Shown here one piece after another: positions 29,605-39,494 of a stretch of 64,000 nucleotides of DNA. A model generated the notes under the pieces. The model made no database searches. It was not told the origin of the DNA and saw nothing but the letters and a program-made list of their open reading frames with translations. How positions within the stretch are numbered: the stretch's first letter is position 1; every line of letters begins with the position of its first letter. Source of the stretch: Andalucia godoyi And28 (taxonomy: Eukaryota; Protista; Jakobida); contig VRVR01000003.1 of the NCBI GenBank assembly GCA_009859145.1, positions 71,315 to 135,314 of the forward strand, in the 5' to 3' direction. The translations under genes were made by a program, and so were the position numbers.

Positions 29605-31587
29605 ATGGAAGCGGAGGCAGGGTTTGATCCAAACGATAACATCCAGCGCAGTGCGCAGGAACAGAAGAGGCGCAACAAGAAGAAGGCGAAACTGCACAAA
29701 CAGAACGAGAAGTTGCACGAGCTGGAGGCCAAAAAGGCTGCTGCACTGGAAAGTTCCAAGATTGTTCCTGGTGAATCGTATGCTGATGCAGCCAAGATCG
29801 GCGTGATCCGCGAGAAAGAAGAGGAGGAAATCAAGGCGTTCCCGTTCAAAACGTTTGAAGAAGTGGAGGAAGAACCAAGCAAGGACAAGAGTAACGTTGA
29901 TGAACGTGTTCTGAGCACAAGGGCAGATCGAGGTGCGCATGTCGCCATTGAGGATAACAAGAAGTCGGCACATCAGACGCTCGAGTCGATCCGGCAAAAT
30001 GTCTCTGGAGGAGAAGTACCGGTTGTCGATGCGGCAGTCGATGCGCTGCACAAAGCTGCAAATACTGCTGCGAGCACCGCGCATTCCACCGTGCGCCTGC
30101 TTTCCCATCCAGAGCCGAAAGCCGAGAAGGCGTCTGTGGAGGCTACCGAGCATGCCCATGAGGCAGTTGAGAACGCCCAGAAAGGTGCAGCCGCCATCAA
30201 GGATGCTGTGTATCATGCTGGGGTTTCTGTGGAGGAGAATGCCAAGTGGGCTGCCCACAAGACGAATGCGATTGTTCAAGACACGTGGACTCGCGCAAAG
30301 GAAGCAGTTCTTGAAAAGGTGCACGAAACCGCCGAGTGGGTTGAAGAAACAACCGCCCGCAAAAAGGCGGAGGTGGAGGCCGAGGAAAAAGAAGCGTTAC
30401 GAGTGGATGAAAACATCAAGAAGGATCTGCTGCGTGACTACAAAGGCAATCTGCCGTCCTCTGCACATGAGGAAATCGAGAAACGGCCCCGAAAGGAGCT
30501 GGAAAGGGATCCAGAATATCAGAGGCGGGTTGATGCCGTTGTTCGGGACCGCTCTCGCGTAGGCGAGGAAAAAGTGAATCGCGAGTTGGAGGAACAGGAA
30601 ACACTGGAGCTGAGCCGCGCAAATCTTGTTACACGACCGCTTCCTGGCCTGCAGTACACGGATCCAGCGATTTCTGCTTCTCGTGCACCGCCAAGCACTC
30701 CTGCAGATGTGTCATCCAATCACATGGTGACCATGGGACCCGCAGAGCTCATTCATCGAGCAGTGGACAAGATGAAGGAGGTTCTGGGAGCACCTCTTTC
30801 TGAGGGAGTGTCATCTTACGACGTGATTCCCACAGGAGCGACGAGTGAGATGGGTGTCATTCCAGGAAACGTCATTACGGGCTCAAACTATGGATCAGCA
30901 CCTTCCAGAACTGCTGCTGCTTCGGAACTGTCTGCGGATGAGGCAGATCGGGAGACGACGCTCGGAACTGCAGACTCCGGACGTGTTGACCCCATCGTCC
31001 CTGTGCAGCGAGCGACGGCAGTGGCTCCAGAAAACGACGGCGCAACAGCCACGTTGGTCGACGACTTTTTTGAAAGTGGTCGAATCCTTGGCGACATTTC
31101 CATTCAAGGCATCAAGAATGCTGTGTCCAAGATCTTCTCTGCCCCAGGCGGAGACGGTGCACAAGCGTCAGATGCTGATCGTGCTCGGGAAATTGCAGAG
31201 CGCGAGGTACTGGAGCAGCGCCGCGACGAGGCGATCGCAGAAACCGAGCGAGCCATCGGTTTGATCACTGCGGATGCGCCCATCGAAGCAGCAATTCCCC
31301 CTTCCGACCTCCCGTCACCAAGGACCGCGTTGTCGCAAGTTCCTGAAGCAGATCGCGAAGAGTTCGGACATGCATTCAAGCACAAGGTTGAGGAGGCATT
31401 TGACAAGATCAAGGAAACGCTGCATATCGGCGCAGTTCGCGAGGAAGCGGATCGAATCGCGGATTCTGTCAAAGGCGAACTGCGCGATGCAACAAAGTAT
31501 GTTGAGCGAGAAATCGGCCCTGCCCTCGAAGGCCACCGAGCAGAAGACCGAATGTTTGCATCCTTTGATCGAGGCAGATCTCAGTGA
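29605..31587 (+). CDS. LEA/hydrophilin-like charged protein, 660 aa
   Basis: Long ATG-started ORF rich in Glu/Ala/Lys with LEA-like stretches (HAHEAVENAQKGAAAIKDAVYH, HKVEEAFDKIKETLH). Confidence 0.75.
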   Translation: MEAEAGFDPNDNIQRSAQEQKRRNKKKAKLHKQNEKLHELEAKKAAALESSKIVPGESYADAAKIGVIREKEEEEIKAFPFKTFEEVEEEPSKDKSNVDERVLSTRADRGAHVAIEDNKKSAHQTLESIRQNVSGGEVPVVDAAVDALHKAANTAASTAHSTVRLLSHPEPKAEKASVEATEHAHEAVENAQKGAAAIKDAVYHAGVSVEENAKWAAHKTNAIVQDTWTRAKEAVLEKVHETAEWVEETTARKKAEVEAEEKEALRVDENIKKDLLRDYKGNLPSSAHEEIEKRPRKELERDPEYQRRVDAVVRDRSRVGEEKVNRELEEQETLELSRANLVTRPLPGLQYTDPAISASRAPPSTPADVSSNHMVTMGPAELIHRAVDKMKEVLGAPLSEGVSSYDVIPTGATSEMGVIPGNVITGSNYGSAPSRTAAASELSADEADRETTLGTADSGRVDPIVPVQRATAVAPENDGATATLVDDFFESGRILGDISIQGIKNAVSKIFSAPGGDGAQASDADRAREIAEREVLEQRRDEAIAETERAIGLITADAPIEAAIPPSDLPSPRTALSQVPEADREEFGHAFKHKVEEAFDKIKETLHIGAVREEADRIADSVKGELRDATKYVEREIGPALEGHRAEDRMFASFDRGRSQ

Positions 31588-31834
31588 GCAATGTGGTTTT
31601 CTCATCAATCTCATCCTGTATCAGAATCTAATGTGTGTGAAGGTTGTGAGTTGAATAAAAATAATAATGTATAAAGCGAACACCACCCGAAACTGGATGC
31701 GCTTCTTTGCAGAGCCTTCCCTTGTCAATTGAGCCCCGGGGAGAAGGGGGTAGAGGATTAGTGTTTTTCTTTATGATGATTACGAAGTCCTGTCGGCATT
31801 TCTACGCGCCCGCGACAGTCGATGGTGTGCGCCT

Positions 31835-32902
31835 TCATGGCCACAACAGCTTGGAAAAGAATCCACGCACTCCTGAATTGTTCTGAGAGTGTTGTTGAGA
31901 TTGTGCATGTGCAGAAGTCTGGTTCATTAGAGCAATTCGTGCAGCAAGCGAGTCATCTCCACGAGCAGTGAGAACGGCTCTTGCCTCTTGAATTCTCTGT
32001 TGAAGTTTCACTTTTTCAATTTCCTCGGGGGTCAAATAGCCTGCAGGAGCCTTTCCAGCCACAGACACACCAATCTTGTTTCCCGCGTCTCCCAGCACAT
32101 TTGATCTGGCTTCTCTGGAAATCATGTCCACCTGCTGTTCTTCCAGCCGCACCCGCACATCGCATCGAAGACGGACAATTGCAGCGAGCTTTTCCGGTAC
32201 TAGAAATGTGTACAATGACAGTCTGTTCGCATCTGTCCAGGAGAATGACAGCACGCCCTTTGTCGAGAGCAAGGCGTGCTCCAGCCTTTTCTTGTTTGCA
32301 GAAGAAAGAGCGTGGTACGTCGTGGGCCTTGCAGCAACCGCGGCGCTGAGCGGATTTTCATTTTCATTGAGCGACGTATTCGAAGACTGTTCGTTGGATG
32401 AGACGAACAAGATGCAATTTGATCGTTGCTGGCCCTCTGCAACTGCGTCTTCACAGAGCTTCGCAAGTTCGCGAATTTTGTTGAGACCTTCTTCTTTCTC
32501 CATGATAGGATGGTCTTTCTTCTTTTCAGGAAAAAGATTCCTTCGTGTCGCATATTCGTACAGCTCGGCGCTCCTTTCGTGCTGACCACAGAGCACAAGA
32601 CACGAAGCTGCGCACTCACATATTTGAAGTTGCTGCGGAGTGGATTCGATAGTGTGAAACGTTCTGAAAAGGTTCCAGAGCGTGGGCATTAGTTGCGGTT
32701 CTCTGACTAGCAAAACATGGTTGTCGGGACAGAGAGCAAGCAGCTGAATTGCCTGGCACGCAGTGAGAACGACTTGCAAATCCAGATGCTGCAGAATTCC
32801 AATGAGACTAGGAAGAATGCCTCGTCGCGCAATGTAGGGCTGGTTTTGCGGATTGGAGCACAGAGTCTTTAGCTGCTCCACCACTCCCAGAACCGAACTC
32901 AT
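31835..32902 (-). CDS. ARMC1-like armadillo-repeat protein
   Basis: N-terminal ARM repeat (GILPSLIGILQH...ACQAIQLLAL) and a later LEHALLSTKGVLSFS segment as in ARMC1. Confidence 0.7.
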   Translation of the reverse strand: MSSVLGVVEQLKTLCSNPQNQPYIARRGILPSLIGILQHLDLQVVLTACQAIQLLALCPDNHVLLVREPQLMPTLWNLFRTFHTIESTPQQLQICECAASCLVLCGQHERSAELYEYATRRNLFPEKKKDHPIMEKEEGLNKIRELAKLCEDAVAEGQQRSNCILFVSSNEQSSNTSLNENENPLSAAVAARPTTYHALSSANKKRLEHALLSTKGVLSFSWTDANRLSLYTFLVPEKLAAIVRLRCDVRVRLEEQQVDMISREARSNVLGDAGNKIGVSVAGKAPAGYLTPEEIEKVKLQQRIQEARAVLTARGDDSLAARIALMNQTSAHAQSQQHSQNNSGVRGFFSKLLWP

Positions 32903-33477
32903 GTTCTAATTATTATTATTATTATTACTGTTGTTGCTGTTGTTGCTGTTGTTGCTGTTAAGATTGTTGATATCAGACGCAAAAGATCTGTCTTCTTCTG
33001 CTTTTTTCCTCTTCGTCCCCTCCTCTTCCTGAGTTTTCTATCTGCTTTCAACTCTTTCCATCGCAAAGGAAACACTCAAAATAAAATGCATTCGTTCGGA
33101 CTGCGAAGGTTCATTCATGTTGTTTACTTTCTGTTTTTGGTTTTGCATCCACAAGGGAAAACGTGACGGATCCATCAAAGCCAAAGAGGAACCGTTAAAA
33201 ACTTGATGCTTCAGTGCTGCATGTTTGATGCTGGCCGGCTGTGGTGCTTCCCCCGACGAATATTTCGCTTTTGCCAATCCCCAAAGTCCGGACGCTCTGT
33301 CTCTCTGTCTCTCTCTGTCTCTGTTGGTCTTTCAGTGCTTCAGCTTATCGTTGTTCTCTTCTTTCTTTCGTATCCTTATTATTTTGATAAAAATTAAGAG
33401 GAGAGAAGCCGAAAAAAAAAACACCTCCAATAATAATAACAACAGTCAAGTTGAAATTCTCAAAAAGGAAGGTAGAG

Positions 33478-33987
33478 ATGGGCAAAGATTCAAAGGATAA
33501 GGAGAAGAAGTCGCACAAAGAAAAGGATTCAAAGTCCGAGAAGCCTGCCAAGGAGTCGTCTGAGTCCGCGACGACGTCGACCACGACCACATCATCGGCA
33601 TCATCATCTGCTTCTGTGAGCGTTTTGGTATCGCCGATTGCCAAGCCGCTTGCTGCTGAAAAATTGCAAAAGAAGATCTTGAAGATGGTTAAGGCGTGCT
33701 CGAAGACGAGAGGATCTGTGCTTCGCGGAGTCAAGGAGGTCGTCAAGGGCATTCGCAAGGGTAGTTCAGGAATCGTGATTCTTGCTGGAGATATTGCACC
33801 CATTGATGTGGTGTCGCATATCCCAGTCTTGTGCGAAGACTCGAATATCCCATATTGCTATGTCCCTGCAAAGGCTGATCTTGGCGCTGCTGCGGGAACA
33901 AAGAGACCAACATCAGTCATCCTCATCTCAAACAAGGATGCCGAGTTTGACAAGGATGTCCTGGAGTCCGTGGCGGCTTTGGCATAA
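33478..33987 (+). CDS. NHP2: H/ACA snoRNP protein NHP2 (L7Ae family)
   Basis: SPIAKPLA, RGVKEVVKGIRKG, ILAGDIAPIDVVSHIPVLCED, YVPAKADLGAA and KRPTS. Confidence 0.93.
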   Translation: MGKDSKDKEKKSHKEKDSKSEKPAKESSESATTSTTTTSSASSSASVSVLVSPIAKPLAAEKLQKKILKMVKACSKTRGSVLRGVKEVVKGIRKGSSGIVILAGDIAPIDVVSHIPVLCEDSNIPYCYVPAKADLGAAAGTKRPTSVILISNKDAEFDKDVLESVAALA

Positions 33988-34265
33988 TTCGTAAAACCAT
34001 ATTTGATTCAGTCTGCGTCTGTGTGTGTGTGTGTGTGCGTTGCATTCGTTGTCGAGCCTCTTCGTTCCGTGGCTCTGTCTCTCTCCCTGGCATTCTCTTG
34101 GTTCTACTGTTCGGGACTGTTTTATGGCTTGTGAAAAGAGTAATTTTTTGACGTACAAATTGAAAACAACGAGAGCACTGAAGACAAGACACATTATTTC
34201 CAACCAGACAATTTGCCAACAGCGCTCTCCCACATTCAGACAACAAACGAAAAAAGACATTTCTT

Positions 34266-35051
34266 TTATTCGCTGTCCAAAGCGGCTGCTGCTGCCTTGG
34301 CGTTCTGGCCACGCAGACGACCGGTACGGCGGGCGGCGATGAGACCGACCTTCTGTCCGGCAGGTGCGTCACGGCGGACGGTACCAGGCTTACCAAGATG
34401 CTTATGGTTTCCACCACCATGAGGATGGTCCACAGGGTTCATAGCAACACCCTTAACGACAGGCCAGCCCTTGCGCTTAGCCTTGTACTTGTGGTACTGG
34501 TTTCCGGCCTTGAGGATCGGCTTGTCAACACGTCCACCACCGCCAACCACACCAATGGTTGCACGGCAGGAAGACTGCACAGACTTCTTAACGCCAGATG
34601 GCAGGCGAACACGAGTGTTTCCTTCATCGGGGTTGTGAGAAATGATGGTTGCATAGTCTCCTGATGCGCGGGCGAGCTTGCCACGGTCTCCGTGCTTGGA
34701 CTCGACGTTGCAGATGATGGTACCTTCAGGGAGCTTGCCCACGGGGAGAACGTTTCCAATGGAGAGTTGGGCGTTCTTTCCGCAGTAGACAAACTGGCCG
34801 GAGTACATACCCTCGGCTGCAATGAAAGTCTCAGTAACCTTGCCATACTTGTACGGGTTGCGGAACACAACCTTGGCCAAGGGTGCACCACGACCGGAAT
34901 CGTGGACGATCTCGGTGACGAGGCCACGGATGTATCCATTGCGCTCTGCAAAATCGAGCGAGCGGAGTTGGGGAGCTACCTTGCGGTGGAAGGTGTGAGC
35001 ACGGAAGATCGAGCCACGACCCTTACGCTGTCCACGAATAACACGACCCAT
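34266..35051 (-). CDS. RPL8: 60S ribosomal protein L8 (uL2)
   Basis: [42 protein letters not shown] and [10 protein letters not shown]. Confidence 0.99.
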   Translation of the reverse strand: MGRVIRGQRKGRGSIFRAHTFHRKVAPQLRSLDFAERNGYIRGLVTEIVHDSGRGAPLAKVVFRNPYKYGKVTETFIAAEGMYSGQFVYCGKNAQLSIGNVLPVGKLPEGTIICNVESKHGDRGKLARASGDYATIISHNPDEGNTRVRLPSGVKKSVQSSCRATIGVVGGGGRVDKPILKAGNQYHKYKAKRKGWPVVKGVAMNPVDHPHGGGNHKHLGKPGTVRRDAPAGQKVGLIAARRTGRLRGQNAKAAAAALDSE

Positions 35052-35354
35052 GGTCTAGTTTCGAATGAAGAAGTAAAAAAGGAAGAAAAACAACAACAAC
35101 AACAACCAGAACAGAAAACCGATTCAACAGTGAGTAACTCGGAAACAAAAACGTAGCAAGATTGCAGTGCTTGTGAAGCCGCGATGGGATTCAATGTGAA
35201 AGAATGAAAATACAAACCTCTTAGTACAAATGGAAGGCAATCCGAACACAACGAAACGAAAGCAAGAACAAAAACAAAAAGGAGGAAACGAAAAGAAACA
35301 GGGAATTTGGCACATTGAGACTTTGTGCATTGGAGTAAAAGAGAGGGCTCAAAA

Positions 35355-35390
35355 AAACCCTAGCTGTGCTGCCAATGCAGAAAACCCTAA
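35355..35390. promoter_or_regulatory. Two telo-box-like motifs (AAACCCTA) upstream of RPL8
   Basis: AAACCCTAG at 35355 and AAACCCTAA at 35382, about 300 nt upstream of the RPL8 ATG. TGGGCC near 35462. Confidence 0.4.
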
Positions 35391-35740
35391 TCCTCAAATG
35401 GTTGGGGTAGTTTTTTGAGAAAGCTTTCCTTTTTAATTAAGAAAATTGCTAATCGGGACAATGGGCCGTCATTAGCATAATCAGTCTTTCCAGCAATAGC
35501 ATCCTTGTCTCAACCCTGCAGACTTGATCAAAGGTGTTTGATGCTTCAAAAGCAAAAGAAGCCATTGTGCTTAACGTTCCGATTGGAATACTCAAAATTC
35601 CCTGAGGATACATTTTCAGCCTTTGGTTCGTCGTCGTTAACGCAACGCCCTTTGTATATCCTATCCGAACGTGTCGCTGATCAGTTTTTCTGCTGAATGC
35701 CCGCATTGCACTGTTATTTGATTTGCAGCTCCTTTATATA

Positions 35741-35838
35741 GTTCACTTCACTTCAGTTCAGTTCAGTTTAGTTCAGTTTAGGTTAGGTTAGGTTAGTTTA
35801 GTTTAGTTTAGTTTAGTTTTGCCTTGCCGTGCCTTGCC
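35741..35838. repeat. Compound pentanucleotide microsatellite
   Basis: TTCAC, TTCAG, TTTAG, GTTAG and TTGCC units follow each other in register. Confidence 0.9.
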
Positions 35839-35939
35839 TTTTTGTAGAAATCCACAGTTCACTTTCTACGTTCTCAAGTTACGTCACTTTTATCACAGCA
35901 ACAGCAGAAGAAGGAAGGAAAAGGAAAAAGAAAGCGATA

Positions 35940-38342
35940 ATGTCGAATCCAGTTAGTGCACCTCCACCTCCTTTAGAGGAGAGCGAAGAATTCGAAGAAT
36001 TGCGAGGGACGCTGTATAAACGGAAAGATTTTCTTGACAAGGAAGAAGCTGCAAAGTCGCATCCGAACAGGACCTATTATTATCGCCGAAATACGGATGT
36101 TGAGAAACTGATCATTTCATGCTCACGGAAACTCTCCAAGGACCCAAAGAATCAGAAAGCGTTGTTTATTCGTGGATGGTCTTTTGTGAAAAAGGGGGAG
36201 TATCAGAGAGCAGTAGACGACCTCAACAAGGTCTTGCAACATGAAGTTAATAACGTCAATGGTCTCTACTGGCGCGGCATGTCGCACGAGAAACTGGGCC
36301 AATTTGATAAGGCAATTGAGGATTATACCAGAGTGCTTGATTTGGACCCCAATCATGTGAACGCCGCGTATGCACGAGGAGCTTGTCAGAATCGAAGAGG
36401 AAATTTTGCGGCTGCCATTATGGATTATCAACTCGCTTTAGAAAAGGACCAGGAACTGGGCGTGTCTCCAACTCGATCAAGGACTCCTCGCTCGGGGACT
36501 CCCGGTCCGTCGTTTTTGTCTCCTTCCACATCTCATTCCCATGGCCAACCTGGTAGCTCTGGAGAATTTTCGATTCGCAGACCAACCGCCAGACCATCGT
36601 CGGCCTTGTCCAATGCGTCGAATGATTCATTCTCAGGACCGGCGGCACATCCTTTGCCGCATGTGAACAGTCGCCCAAGATCTCTTTCCGAGTTGCGGCT
36701 TCGAGACGAGGACCTCGCTGCCCTAGAATTGTCGCGTGGCAGTCCGGATCCCTTGGGTACTCCAGGACCACACACACCTCCGTCGCGAACGATGTCCCGA
36801 GAGCTCTCGTCGCAATTATCCTCACCGTTTCCCCCTTCCACCCCGGCATCCAATCCTTTTGGGTACCCGCAATCCCACAACCAGTTTCACAGCGTTCAGA
36901 ATGCATCGAGTACTTCTCCGGCCCCGGTTGCTACGAGCCACTCGCATCACGAACACTCCAAGCCCAGCTCCAGTTTCAGCTCCAGTATAGTCTCTCCATC
37001 ACCCAACGCAGCCCACAACACGTCCTTTTCTGCGCCAACGGTTGATCATTCTACGAGCGCATTGTCTTCATCGGGTAGCCCGCAGCACAGCGCGGACTTT
37101 TTCCATTCGCGTGGCTATTCGCATCGGAAACGCGGCGACTTCCGAGCAGCAATAGCAGACTATGCCAGGGCGATTGAACTGGATCCCTTGCACTTCAAAG
37201 CCTACTTTAATCGCGGATTTTCATTTGACAAGCTGAATGATTTTGAGAATGCAATTTCGAATTATACCAAAGCAATTGAAATCGATGGCCAAAATCCGTA
37301 TGCGTTTTATAACCGTGGAATTTCCTATGATCGCAAAGGAGATTACCAGGCTGCGATTGATGATTTTTCCCGGGCCATTGATCTGGAGAGTACCAATGCA
37401 GATTTCTTCCACAATCGTGGGTTTTCGTATCGCAAGCTGGGGATGTTCAAGAAGGCAATCGAAGATTATTCGCGTGCGTTGCGAATTGATGCGAATCATT
37501 TCAAAGCATTTTACAATCGAGCATTCTCGTACGACAAGATTGGAGAACACGAGAAGGCCGTTGATGACTATACTCGAGCTCTGCAAATCGATCCGTCTAA
37601 TGCCAATGCTTTTCATAACCGAGGCTCATCTCTCGAGAAACTCAACAAGCTGGAGGAAGCAATTGCCGATTTCAGCAAGGCAATTGATCTTGACGGGAAG
37701 AACTCGGCCTCGTTCAATGCCCGTGGATTGGCGCGTGATCGTCTGGGAGACTATGACAAGGCCACAGTGGACTTTACGCGCTCGATCGAGCTGGATCCGA
37801 CAAATGCTGTGTTTTATCACAACCGCGGCTACACATTTCGCAATCTTTCGCGATATGAAGAAGCGATCGCGGACTATTCGAAAGCGATTGAGCTGAACCC
37901 GAAGAATGCGGCAGCCTTTAACAACCGCGGTTTTGCATATCGAAAGCTTGGCTCTTATGACCAAGCGATCCATGACTACTCTTTGGCACTCAAAATCACG
38001 CCGAAGAACATCAAGACGCTGAACAATCGCGGATACTCCTATGCAAAGAAGGGTGAGTACGCACGGGCCATCGCGGACTACAACACGGTCATTTCCATCG
38101 ATCCGAACAATGCACATGCATTTCACAACCGAGGTATTTCCTTTGACAAGCAAGGAGAGTACCAAAAGGCAGTCCAAGATTTCACAAAGGTGCTTTCTCT
38201 CGATCCCCAGAATGCAAATGCGTACTTTAACAGGGGCTCCGCGTATGACAGTCTAGGAATGTTTGATAAGGCGGTCGGTGACTACACGGCCGCTTTGGAT
38301 CTCGATATGGCCGCCCGAAATGCCGACGACAGCGTCTTGTAG
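35940..38342 (+). CDS. TPR-repeat protein: about 3 N-terminal TPRs, Ser/Pro linker, 12 tandem C-terminal TPRs
   Basis: Twelve consecutive 34-aa units of the form A.af.NRG..y...G.y..AI.DYt.AI.LDP. Confidence 0.93.
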   Translation: MSNPVSAPPPPLEESEEFEELRGTLYKRKDFLDKEEAAKSHPNRTYYYRRNTDVEKLIISCSRKLSKDPKNQKALFIRGWSFVKKGEYQRAVDDLNKVLQHEVNNVNGLYWRGMSHEKLGQFDKAIEDYTRVLDLDPNHVNAAYARGACQNRRGNFAAAIMDYQLALEKDQELGVSPTRSRTPRSGTPGPSFLSPSTSHSHGQPGSSGEFSIRRPTARPSSALSNASNDSFSGPAAHPLPHVNSRPRSLSELRLRDEDLAALELSRGSPDPLGTPGPHTPPSRTMSRELSSQLSSPFPPSTPASNPFGYPQSHNQFHSVQNASSTSPAPVATSHSHHEHSKPSSSFSSSIVSPSPNAAHNTSFSAPTVDHSTSALSSSGSPQHSADFFHSRGYSHRKRGDFRAAIADYARAIELDPLHFKAYFNRGFSFDKLNDFENAISNYTKAIEIDGQNPYAFYNRGISYDRKGDYQAAIDDFSRAIDLESTNADFFHNRGFSYRKLGMFKKAIEDYSRALRIDANHFKAFYNRAFSYDKIGEHEKAVDDYTRALQIDPSNANAFHNRGSSLEKLNKLEEAIADFSKAIDLDGKNSASFNARGLARDRLGDYDKATVDFTRSIELDPTNAVFYHNRGYTFRNLSRYEEAIADYSKAIELNPKNAAAFNNRGFAYRKLGSYDQAIHDYSLALKITPKNIKTLNNRGYSYAKKGEYARAIADYNTVISIDPNNAHAFHNRGISFDKQGEYQKAVQDFTKVLSLDPQNANAYFNRGSAYDSLGMFDKAVGDYTAALDLDMAARNADDSVL

Positions 38343-38496
38343 TGATTTAAAAAATAATAATAAAAATAATAAGAATCGTCCCCATCCTCCGTGGAACGGC
38401 TGACAGCTTTGTGCATCAACGCTGAGCATCGAGCAATACGATTTTCCAACCTGCAGTCACGTCCAGTATTTCGTCATTCTTCAACTTTTTTATTCT

Positions 38497-38789
38497 TTCT
38501 ATTATTTTCTGTTTGTGTTTTTAATAATCGATCCCTCAAGCAGCACCCATTCATCAAGGACAAAGCATCGCGTGGCTCCAAGGAGTATCTTCCCAGCAAA
38601 CTCAAAACCGGCCATGCCCGACGATGCCGAGAACTAAGAAACTCGTGGTTGCGACGACCCTTTGATGCAGAACAGTTTGCATTGAAGAGGTGGTGCTCAC
38701 CGCCAAAAAGACAGCACATGTGACTTGGATCTGTCGTCGGCGACAGCTTAGCCGACGATGACCAACACTGATTCATGTACCGGCGAGCG
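38497..38789 (+). repeat. Dispersed repeat, partner of 16713-17040
   Basis: Same colinear blocks as the 16.7-17.0 kb copy. 9-bp hairpin at 38733-38759. Confidence 0.9.
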
Positions 38790-39020
38790 ATAAAAAAATA
38801 ACGGTCGTAAAAACTTAAAATAAACGAAAAGTCTTCCGGAAGTTTGAAAAAAAGTCGTGTCTCCTCCTATCCGAAGCACCCGGTTTTCTTTGTTCTTTCA
38901 CACTCTTTCTTTGTGTCCTTGTCCGTGTCGTTTTCATCTTCTTTTTCGTTTGGTGATTTTTAATTTTAAAAAAATAACTCTATACAACTCTCTCATTGCT
39001 TTTCTTTTGCTGTTTCAAAA

Positions 39021-39494
39021 ATGGAGCAGAATGTATTTTTCCCCACAACATGGGACGCACCGGACCATGACCAATCTTCGTTTTTCCCCGTGTCTCACGG
39101 CGCTGACGTCCCGGCTGCTTCTGAAAATCCTTGTGATTCTCTGCTCTCCACCGATGGATCTTTCTCGCCGAAAGATCCAGTCCAGGTGCGAGGAGGAGAA
39201 GGCGGTGGGCAAGGAGAGTCTGTTTCTGCAATGGCACAGAACATCGCAAGGATCATGGCCGAACTCGAGGAAACATCTGTCGAGCATCGTGAGGTGCTGC
39301 TGCAATGTCTGAAGGAGCACGAACTGCGACTCCGAGCATCTCTGAAATCCAGAGAACTTGTGTTTTCTTCAGCGGAGCACGGGTTTCCGAGATTCGAGCT
39401 CTTGGCCGAACAGGAATTCAAAATGCGGCAGATGATCGATGACGTGAACCAGGCATGGGGGATGACAAGCGCATTGCATCTTGGAAAGCAGTAG
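39021..39494 (+). CDS. Hypothetical protein, 157 aa, C-terminal coiled coil
   Basis: ATG after CAAAA. Disordered N-half and heptad-like C-half. No family recognised. Confidence 0.6.
   Translation: MEQNVFFPTTWDAPDHDQSSFFPVSHGADVPAASENPCDSLLSTDGSFSPKDPVQVRGGEGGGQGESVSAMAQNIARIMAELEETSVEHREVLLQCLKEHELRLRASLKSRELVFSSAEHGFPRFELLAEQEFKMRQMIDDVNQAWGMTSALHLGKQ

Noticed and set aside
31772-31876. ATGATGA ... CTGA as a C/D snoRNA
   Set aside because: No terminal stem or recognisable rRNA guide, and the D box falls inside ARMC1 coding sequence on the other strand.
33170-33256. Short matches (TTTGATGC, GTGGTGCT, CCAAAGAGG) to the repeat family
   Set aside because: Blocks are only 8-9 nt and cannot be told from chance by eye. 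Worth including in an HMM test.
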